NCBI GenBank assembly: GCA_002633005.1
Contig: NMRA01000095.1
Span: 631,108 to 695,107 of the forward strand
DNA length: 64,000 nt
Origin: Phoronis australis
Taxonomy: Eukaryota; Animalia; Phoronida
Reading direction: 5' to 3'
Shown here: positions 55,401 to 64,000 of the stretch, piece by piece
How positions within the stretch are numbered: position 1 is the stretch's first letter
How the letters are laid out: each line of letters opens with the position of its first letter
The notes under the pieces: model-generated
Seen by the model: the letters and a program-made list of their open reading frames with translations, nothing else
What the model was told of the DNA's origin: nothing
The model's database searches: none
Program-made: the position numbers and the translations under genes

Positions 55401-58400
55401 AAATCTGTTGAGCTTGTGTCGCACATAAACCACTGAGTCATTGGTTAGAAGAATAAGAATATGACCTTTTGCTAAGACTGTAGACACCCCCCTTTTTCTC
55501 CGATGGTCGACAGCTGTTGTTCCAGCTCTCAGTGGTAGTACTGTACCAAATACTGAAACAAAAAGGAGTCAAAAGTACTCCAATACCTTGAAAAACTCCG
55601 TCAACTGTGATGTGCAACAAACCAGTGTGATGTTTAACTCCAGCTAGCAAATAGTCATTAAACCAAACCCGAGTGTGTTACCAACTCTGAAAGGGTGGGT
55701 ATTTTAATTTTCTGGTAAGACGAGCCAAATCTAAACTTTGCTTTAAATGGCATTCGGTTTTGGTATTGCCAGAGTATTGATATCAAATTGTCAGTATTGT
55801 AATGGTGCTGTGTGACACAACTCTATCATCTCCATATGTATATATTGTCATGGTGCAGTGTGACACAACTCTATCATCTCCATATATTCGTGAAGGCTCT
55901 CTTGTCTACTCTACATCGTCACGTGTGTTTTCTGTCATTACAGAAGCACCCAATGAAGCCATCACAGTTTAACAAACTGAACACTCCAGGGATGCCCATG
56001 TACACCAGTGCATCAGACATGATCACATCCAACACTACTTCGAGTATGCCAAACGGTGGCGTTCCACCCAACCAAATGGTGCTGCCCCCTAATGGTTTGC
56101 ATTCTATGAATGGTGGGAACGGCGTGCAGAATGTGGACTGGCCAGGCTCCCCCAATTCTATGCTACCGGATATTACGCACAATAAGGTCCCGGATGAGAA
56201 CTTGACCCCGGAACAGCTGCACCGGCGAGAGGAGCAATTGGCCAATATACGTAAACTTCAGTCAATGTTGTTCCCGGACAATAGCAATCCAAATGCGCAT
56301 AATCCTCAGCTTGCCCCAATGGGTAATCACCCGGGCAATGGACGGCCGTCGAGTAAATACGGTCCTCAGATGGGGCCCTATCCACAGCCCATGATGGGGC
56401 CAAATGGGTCAAACATGCCTGGCAGCTTTGGACCAAATATGCATGGACCTGGACCACATATGATGAGCCCAGGAGGGCCCAGTATGATGGGACCAAATGG
56501 TCCAATAGTGCCCAATGGGCCACCTATGGCTCCTGGACCTAACGGTCAGAACTTTGGCACATCCTCAGCCATGATGATGTCACACCAACAGGCCATGATG
56601 TCACAGCCAAATGTTGTGATGTCACAGCAGAATATGATGATGTCAACATCGCAGCATCCCAATATGACAATGAACATGTCGGCACAATCGATGAGTATGG
56701 GCCCGCAGCCTATGTACTCTCCCCCTATGATGGACATGCGACCTCCCTCTGGCAACATAGCCGAGAAGGAATGGGCACGACTGCAGCAGGAGTTCTATGG
56801 TGGTCGCGGTGGCGCTGCTGGCATGCGCCAGCAGTCGACCATCCATGCAGCCAATCCATTTGCAGACAATGAGTTGCCGTCTCAGGGACCACCGCCCCCG
56901 TACTACAGCTCAGTTAGTCACCGCCACTCCAGCGTCTCATCAGGACCTACCTCACCGCCCATGATCGGCGCCCCGTCCCCCATGCACTCGCCAGCGGCAC
57001 TGACCTCTCCACATGTCAACCCTCCTCAGGGTCAGTTCATGTATCCTCCTCAGCGGAGGCCGACCCCGGCGACTATGAACTATCCTCCAGGAGCGCCCAT
57101 GATGCCTGACCTGCCTCCAGAGATGATGGGATCCCCAGGTTTGAAATTAATAATCCTACTGTTTCATTCGTATAAGTGTGAAAAGCTATGTTTTGTCAAA
57201 GGAATTAAGTTTCATTTTAGACCACTTAACACTGTAAAAGGTTTCTCCACATGCACCTAACGCAGATAATTAGAAAAGTCTTGTATCCAGAATATTCAGT
57301 TTTGCCCAACTTTCTCATTCAGTGACTCATAATCAGCCATTAAAGTGGGTAAGTAATAAAAACATTCTGCTGAGTGCTGTTCAAAGTGAGTCTGCGTGCA
57401 CTTTCCAAGGTCCAACCGTATGCAGTTATAACTATGATGAAACAAATTTGAGGTGGCTTAGATCTGTGCTGGATGTTATACAATCATAACAAACGAAGTG
57501 TTAATCTCCTTATTTCAGAACTTGGGCTATTACTCCTCACAAATTCAAAATCGGTGCAAATCAAGTGTCACTATGGAATCTCATTTGTGTCTTGAATGAT
57601 AGTCGGGCTCTTGAGCTCAGAATTAATGTGCGCTGTCTCGCTTATGGTATTACGTTTTCATTCCGTTGTTTTAGGGATGCGAATGCCAGGTGGACATCCT
57701 AAGGAGGTGACTGTAGCCCGAGCTGGACACCCAGAACCATTCCAACCAGAGTTGACGTCTAGTCAGGGAGGAGGTAACAAACCGCCACCCAGTTACGCTC
57801 AGTCAACCAAGCGTAAGCAACGTGACAATGTTGATGATTTGTACAAAAACTTACAGCCTGCCCCATCACCGCAGCACTTCACATACCCAAACCAGTTCGA
57901 GGGGCAGGAATTGACAATTACGAAACAGTTGAATGCGGCGTATCAGGAGTCTCCTGTCTCGCAGTCTCCAGCTGTCAGTCAACCAATAGACACACCCATA
58001 TCTGGACCCGCCTCCGTTCCGACAACAGGACCCCCGTCTGTTCCGCCGCAGGGTCCAGCATCCGTACCACCCCCTGCCACCCCTCACACGCCTTCCGACT
58101 CTCAAGTGTTCAACAACGAGACCAATGCGAAAAGTGTGGCAGCTGCGGGCAGGAGACTGTCGCATCTCAGTTCACCCGCGCCCGGAACTCCGGGCACACC
58201 GGTGACGAAGCCGAACTTGTCTAATATCACATCGTCAAGTTTGGCAAATCTGGCAAAGGGTGTGGAAGACATGTCGCATCAGATGCAACAAAGTATGTTA
58301 CAAGGGGGACCGTTTCACAGTATTCAGGTGCAGAGTCAGTCTATGGACGACATCCCTGGCAAGAGCACAAACTCTACTACGCAGGGACAGCAAAACGTGA

Positions 58401-59893
58401 ACAACACTTATGTGAATACAACAATGTCAATAGGTCAGTTGAACATACAGCAGATGAATCACCTCCAGAACCATCCATCACAGGGTCACCCAGGTCAAGG
58501 TCATCCACCACAGGGTCATCCACCACAAGGTCACCCGGCACAGGGTCACCCAGCTCAGGGTCATCCGGCACAGGGTCACCCAGCACAGGGTAGCACGGGA
58601 GTCCCTTCAATACCACACATGGGGGGGCCGACACCTCCGCATTTGACAGCACCCCCAAGCGCCCACTCTGTAGGCAGACCTTCCTCGAGGGGCTTCATGG
58701 AGATGTCCCAACAACGCCAGCAGATGATGGCCCATGGTCCACAAATGTTACCTCAACGGATGGACAGCCCGCAGCTCATGGGCAGTCCAGAGTTTACCAG
58801 TCCTCATGGGCCACACATGGCTAGTCCCCATGGTGGAATGGTCAATGGGCCACCCTTTAATAGTCAACATGCACACCCTATGATGCCTGGTCAGTCACCC
58901 ATAGAGCGCGGTCCAATGATGATTCCTGGGGGAAGCCCCCATGGGGCCCCTCACATGGGACATCAGATGGGGCCAGAGTTCATGGGTCCCTCCCCTTCCA
59001 TGTCCCATCCTGGCCAGATACCTAGTCAATACCCACCGGGAATGCCAATGGCTGGCATGAGGCCAGGTATGTTGCCTGGTTCCCGGTACCCTCAACCATC
59101 AGACCCCCAGTTTATGAGTCCCGCCGTACCCATGCCCTCTCAACCAATGCCGGCAGAGCCCCAGCCTGCACCTCCACCCACCACAACAACGTCACGAAAA
59201 CGAGGTCGCAAGACATCCAGCAGCACTAATGTCAAAGTTCAGACAACTGCCCCCAACACCATCCAGTATCTTCCAGCCAATCCTCCATCCTCACAAGCCG
59301 GCATGGGTCCACCACCTCCTAAGCGATCTTTCCCCGACCAGTTCACAGAGGCATTCCCAGCCGAGCCCTTACGTAACCTAGACAAGAAGGTACCCTCCTC
59401 CAAACTTTCATACTTTCCACCCAGCGAACAGAACCACCTGGAGTACAGTCGTATGACCTCCATGGCTCCGGTCTATCAACCTGGTCATCAGAACCCTAAT
59501 GTAATGTGTGGGTCCCCGTCCTTCCCGTCTGACATCATCCCTCCGTCCTCACTTGGTCATGCTGGGCCTCCTATGGGTGATCCAATGATGAACCACAACA
59601 TGCTTCCATCCCATATATCCCCTTCCATGAACCCAGGACACATGGCTGGCATGCCACCAAGACATCCTGGCTATGGGCCAGGTCCCATGCACGAGATGAG
59701 TTATGGACATCGTCAGCCCAATGAGTACAGTATAGGTCCCAGAATGTCGGCTCCACATCCCGGGCCCTACCCTGGTCACCCCGGTCACCCTGGTCACCCC
59801 GGATATGGTCCTCAGATGGGTCCACCTGGACCAGATTTTATGGGCCCTCCTGTGGGTGACCCGAGATATATAAATATGATGTCAGGCATGTGA
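43298..59893 (+). CDS. BCL9: Spliced gene, BCL9/Legless homolog with N-terminal DDT-WHIM1-WSD module; join(43298..43499,45496..45601,48542..48637,49364..49418,51384..51568,51851..52055,53513..53563,54353..54576,55944..57138,57675..59893), 5' end incomplete
   Basis: All ten exons have AG acceptors with pyrimidine tracts and nine have GT donors. Phases chain 2,0,0,1,0,1,1,0,1 without a stop. Total 4538 nt plus 1 upstream nt is 1513 codons ending in TGA at 59891-59893. HD1, HD2 and HD3 motifs are recognisable. Confidence 0.85.
45496..45601 (+). CDS. Exon: start of WHIM1 region (INSFESSLCQLLNDKQRDFNPLNSGKFADLSPEEK)
   Basis: ttttcatttcAG acceptor; first base completes tt+a = Leu; aag|GTagt donor. 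NPL...FxDLSxEEK is typical of the WHIM1 start. Confidence 0.8.
45955..46233. repeat. 23 bp minisatellite (gtgccagtatattggtccaccat) x about 12
   Basis: Direct tandem units. Confidence 0.9.
46790..46975. repeat. 38-39 bp minisatellite (ggtggggacacagaggcaggcgtctatgttatccagtg) x about 5
   Basis: Direct tandem units. Confidence 0.9.
47640..47925. repeat. 20 bp minisatellite (aaatttactgaaatgactac) x about 14
   Basis: Direct tandem units. Confidence 0.9.
48542..48637 (+). CDS. Exon: WHIM1 helix (LQLLKWLVDLICESRDDDLNEFLNDSFDPESM)
   Basis: tttttttcAG acceptor and atg|GTttgt donor; 96 nt, phase 0-0. Continues EEK-LQLLKWLVD, the WHIM1 pattern. Missed by the ORF track. Confidence 0.8.
49364..49418 (+). 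CDS. Exon: WHIM2/WSD motif (RAVNVGQDAFNNTYWYFD)
   Basis: gtgttttacAG acceptor and g|GTgagt donor. RxxxxGxDxxxxxYWYF is the hallmark WHIM2 motif. Confidence 0.85.
51384..51568 (+). CDS. Exon: WHIM3/WSD region (DQRLYKE...WECVCLSLKDWRTLLKQFRKTTNEQEKELFDYLNNQLFP)
   Basis: tttgttcAG acceptor, phase 1 (g+at = Asp); gag|GTaggc donor. RLYKE...WxxxCxxxxDWxxL...ExELxxxL...P matches the CECR2/RSF1-type pattern. Confidence 0.85.
51851..52055 (+). CDS. Exon: linker with VKLE, VKTE and VKTE SUMO-consensus motifs
   Basis: ttgtttccAG acceptor and a|GTgagt donor; open frame, phase 0-1. Confidence 0.8.
52407..52645. repeat. About 31 bp minisatellite (tgttatactttaccattggagtaaatacaata) x about 7
   Basis: Direct tandem units, two with a small insertion. 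Confidence 0.85.
53513..53563 (+). CDS. Small symmetric linker exon (TELEALLDSDTNQEPSA)
   Basis: Long pyrimidine tract ending ccactcAG and g|GTaaga donor; 51 nt, phase 1-1. Confidence 0.7.
54353..54576 (+). CDS. BCL9: Exon: BCL9 HD1, Pygopus-binding (QIFVFSTKLANKASEGVLQGRYDSILAYH)
   Basis: Close match to BCL9 HD1 (VYVFSTEMANKAAEAVLKG...IVSFH); ccatctAG acceptor and caa|GTaaga donor. Confidence 0.92.
54744..55007. mobile_element. Tc1/mariner-type MITE (cagtaaaaattctcca...tggagagtttttactg)
   Basis: Inverted termini; internal similarity to 10594-10890. Confidence 0.65.
55178..55268. repeat. 18 bp tandem repeat (gccattttgtgatattca) x5
   Basis: Direct tandem units. Confidence 0.9.
55944..57138 (+). 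CDS. BCL9: Exon: BCL9 HD2, beta-catenin-binding (VPDENLTPEQLHRREEQLANIRKLQSMLFPD, 56187-56279); HD3 (AEKEWARLQQEFY, 56760-56798); NPFxD and PPPPY motifs
   Basis: Long P/M/G/Q-rich open frame with HD2 and HD3 motifs; cattacAG acceptor and g|GTttga donor. Confidence 0.93.
57675..59893 (+). CDS. BCL9: Terminal coding exon: P/G/M/H-rich low-complexity C-terminus
   Basis: ttgttttAG acceptor, phase 1 (g+gg = Gly); 2.2 kb open frame to TGA. Confidence 0.9.
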
Positions 59894-62160
59894 TAATCTG
59901 CTGCTGGTCAGAGTCCATTGGACAACTGTAAGTGCCTGTAGAAAAAGGACACTAAAAATATACGCGAAAAGACAAGACAAAGCTGTGTTCACGGCTGAAG
60001 TTGATTTTCAAAAAACCTTAATGGTACTGATGTGTGAGATTATAATAGACAATAAGTTTCAAAGCAGTAATTGGCCGCTGCCTGTTCTGTGTACTTGTGA
60101 ACACAATGCCTTGTGAGGCAGACGGTTGGAAGCTAGACTATTGTAGTGCGAGAGAGTGGAGCTTGGGAGCAATATGTTGATACATATAACTGCAAGCTGA
60201 AATGTATCTCACTTGGAGATATATAGCCGAATATGGGGTAAAAAGCAATATAGACAAAGCTGAGTGTTACCGCGGTTATGTAAAAGATATTCTCTGATGA
60301 ACTGTTGTGAACTTATTAGATGGGAATATCACAGTTGGTGTCTGGTGAAGATGTCTGTTGGAGACTTGCCTTAAACAGATTATGGGTGTATTTTTATTGG
60401 ATATTTATAAGAGCGCATGACTGTGAGATGTTTGTAGATAAAAACAAAAGTGGCTTGTATATATTTCTTATTTGGTCTCTTTTTAAGTGTCCAGCTTTAT
60501 ACATGCGTTTACTTAGGAACAAAATGTGATTGAAGGGTAGTGACGAAATTTGAAGTTGTCGTGGAGGAGATGTCCAGACACGTGCGTTCATCTTGTGGAT
60601 ATACCAAGTTTTATTTTAGTTTGTTGCAGACAGGAGAGAAGTTTCCTGCAGATTATACAATTGAACAATCTCAGAATGGTTATATTGTGTTCAAAAATTG
60701 ACAGCGGGTCGCTAAAAGACGAGGTTTTTAATGGAGCCGACTGTATTGTGTGTGCTGAAATATGAAGGATTGTAAAACGTGAAGGTTCAATTTCGCACGA
60801 ATGAATATTAGGGAATTGAATAATCTTGGTGTGTGTAGAAGCGATCGAATGAACTTCGTAACCTACGAATGTGGGTGTGTTTCAATACTCATATTCTTGT
60901 GATTTGACTGATGACGGAATTGTAAATCATGTTTAGACTGTTAGTTGTTTTTGTAAATAAGGGTCAATTGGGTACTTGTGTGATTTTTTAGCATCGTAGA
61001 GTTTAGATTTTTGGATGTACATAGTCTTATGTAAAACTGATATTTTTATAACATTGAGAAAAAAGTATGTATTTTAATGTCGGAACTTGTTTTTTTGCCT
61101 CCACTACATACATTTGCATATTTTCTAGCATAATTTTTCTGTTTTATCTCTGTTTATGCTTTACTGCATACTCCTTCAGATTTGTTTTCACACTTCTATT
61201 CCACTATGCAAAATTGATTTATTGAACTAAAAACATTTTTAAATGCCATATTCCAAACCAAATCTATTTTAAATGGTCAAGGCTTATTGTGTACTTGGGT
61301 CAAGCCAAAATTGCACACTTAAACTGTGGTGGTGAAGCTTTTTTTGAAGCAATCAATGAACTTCATCGCGCCCATGGTTTGTTGATGTGTAAGTTGGAAT
61401 GTTTGTTGTATTTAAAAGCCGAAAGGAAGGGTCCAAATCGTAACAATCTCTATAAGAGAGGCGCGTGGATCTACAGATTGGCATGATGTGTTGCCGAATG
61501 CTCGTGAAGACCTGGGCTCGAATGATCGTTATAAATGTAAGTTTATGCAACTTTAACTGGAATGAGAAGCAGATTCCACATACTTCATGCTGTCGCCACC
61601 CAGTGTGTGAGAAATGAACTAGTTGCTGACAGCCAACACATTCTGCCCCATACAATAGCATATCACTCAGACTCTAGCCTATGCCGTGTCTAAGGCAATG
61701 CTAACAGGGAAATGGCTGGATTGTAGCGACTGTTGCCGTAGCTACCCCAGGCACGTGTTTCTGGTGAGCTGCCACGTTTTATCAGAGGTTTATTTTGTCT
61801 TCATTTTAAAAAGCTGCATTTCGCGCTGTTAGGCTGGCTAAAGTGAAAATCGAATTGAGTCTTTTGTTCTCATTGAATGAGTACTTCATTTAATATTCCT
61901 TAATGTGATAGGATTCAAGTGCCGTTGCCTATTCAAGTCGCAAACAATGCGCAAATTTTGAATCTGCAATTATAGGTTTGCCAACCACAAAAAAATGCAG
62001 TGTTTTTGATGAGTTGCTGATGGTTTTGATGTTCTTGTTGGTAAAGAATACAAAATCGATATATGAAAGTAAAAGGCTCAATTCGATTTCCGGTTTGAAG
62101 GAGGGCAAAATGCCACTGGAATTTAGCGTTTATGCATCTGACAACAAATAAGTAAATAAA
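59894..62160 (+). other. Probable 3' UTR; candidate AATAAA at 62155-62160
   Basis: U-rich, low-repeat sequence after the stop codon, with Pumilio-type motifs. The true end is uncertain. Confidence 0.45.
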
Positions 62161-62309
62161 AACATGACATTCTAAACATTTCATTTTATTTGAGATTATC
62201 GTTATGTACAATGACTACAAAACTTCATGACACAAAATCTACCTTGTGAGCTTGATTGGTGATGACACTTGTGGACGACAATGTGGCTGTTCAGCATGTG
62301 GAAGCAGGA

Positions 62310-62560
62310 AATATTCGTGACAAATATCACTGCATATCCTTGATATCAAGCAAACATTTTTTAGATATTGGTGACAAATATCTATATGTACATCCTTGAT
62401 ATCACAGAAACATTTCGTAGGTATAGGTGACCAATATCGATGCATATCAAACAAACAGTACGTACATATTGGTAAAAAATATCTATGCACATCGTTGACA
62501 TCACAAACAGTACGTAGATATTGCTATAAACCAATATCAATGCATATCTTTGATATCACT
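62310..62560. repeat. Degenerate tandem repeat of about 50 bp, x about 5
   Basis: Recurring atattggtgacaaatatc...catccttgatatcac. Confidence 0.6.
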
Positions 62561-64000
62561 TAAGCATTTTGCTTGAAAAAATCACGAAACAAAAAATTCA
62601 GATTAAAACTGAAGCTCTTTAAGCACCACAGCCAATGGCACCATTTAGTCAGAATTGCATACACATGGCAATACTTGTAGAAAGTATCGGTTGTTCTATA
62701 CAAATATCCATTTGGTCCATAAACTTGGTAGAATCAACATTGCAATATGTGAAGTAATTAACACTCAAGAAAACTTGTACAGTAAAACTGGAGTGACAGA
62801 TTTTGTCAGAGTAAGGCACAATCTGACTCGTATGAAGGGCCGAGTGCATGAACTGGTGCAATAGTAAGAGTGGAATTCTCATTTGTCTGAGTTTAGCAAA
62901 AAGCAAGTATTACTGTAACTGTCTTTAGTCTACACATGTATGTTGCACAATTCCTAAAATCATCATGATTTGGACACAAAACCCAGAAAAGGTAAACCAG
63001 TATTTCTAGCTTACAGATTACACACGTGACATGTCTTAAAATAAACTTGAGAGCAATAAATCAGTCTTTCTAGTTTCCAGATTACATACGGTGCTTTTGC
63101 GTTTTACCAAAACTTGAGAGCAATGAACCAGTGTTTATCGCTTATACTGAACACACGTGACTTCGTCTCAAGCATAATCAGAAATTGAGGCAGCCTTCCG
63201 CTGAAAATCTATACACTACGAATCAGTCACTATTCAAAACGAGGCACGGTCTATGTACATCAAACAAACCTAAGAAAGTGAGATATAAATAACGAGATCA
63301 CACGTAAACACACAATGAAATTACAGCATATCAATTATTTCAATGCGGTCATAAAATTTCAAACTTCAGCAGTCACAGCAGATTACACCAGTTGTAACCA
63401 GCACAACTAGTAAAGACTCTTATTCTACGTTATCAATCAAATGGCCACAATTTTCACAATGATTTCAACATGCACAAAGTTGTCAGGGCATAGAAACAAT
63501 CCATGGACCGAACTAAATGCTGGCCAATCAGATGTGAAGCCCGTGTGAAAGTATTATACGATATCTGTCAGTGCTGCTATGAACTGTCCTTTGACCTAAC
63601 ATTACTGTAAGTGGTCCAGTCTGACACGGTGAGTTCGACAGCTGAATTTTCGGGTCTTGCCACAAAACCTTATCTCTGTTGCCATGGAGATAAATACAGA
63701 ATTGTTGCTTAATCTCGTTTAGCAATAGGTAGAAGCTTTGTTAAACGTCCACAATTGTGCTCAAATACTGTTACATGTTGTTTTGAATAACTGATAGTGC
63801 TGATCAATTAATGATAAATCCAGATGACCTTGAAAAACTGGCACAAAATGGTGGAAGAATGCAGAAATTTCATTCCAATGTCTCCAAAGGAAGTTTTAAC
63901 AACTGGTGTCAGCTAGGAAGAAATGGACACAAAAACTCCTAATATATCCTAAGACAACGAAATTCAGCAAAATCTCTGCTTCCAGACAATACTTCACGAA

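Noticed and set aside
55812-57674. ORF-track starts at 55812 and 57596 and stop at 57260 as two separate genes
   Set aside because: These are intronic extensions of exons 55944-57138 and 57675-59893.
55919-59825. Antisense ORFs over the large exons
   Set aside because: Shadows of GC-rich, low-complexity coding sequence.

Overview
Eukaryotic (invertebrate animal-like) draft-assembly DNA with N gaps, AT-rich and mostly intronic or repetitive. It holds one large spliced + strand gene. Ten GT-AG exons between 43298 and 59893 can be joined by hand with every intron phase matching and no internal stop, giving about 1512 aa. A probable further upstream exon lies at 19837-19936. The C-terminal part is a clear BCL9/Legless Wnt co-activator (HD1, HD2, HD3). 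The N-terminal exons encode a CECR2/RSF1-type DDT-WHIM1-WSD(WHIM2/3) module, the module that binds ISWI chromatin remodellers, which characterised fly and vertebrate BCL9 proteins lack. The same protein carries a Pygopus-like AANPFxDN motif right after HD3, two PPxY motifs, a SUMO-consensus cluster and a basic NLS-like stretch. The rest of the window is MITEs and foldback elements, minisatellites, an apparent allelic MITE presence/absence site, and a 3' UTR with clustered Pumilio elements. All family assignments come from recalled motifs; no database search was run. Almost all ORFs in the supplied track are spurious.
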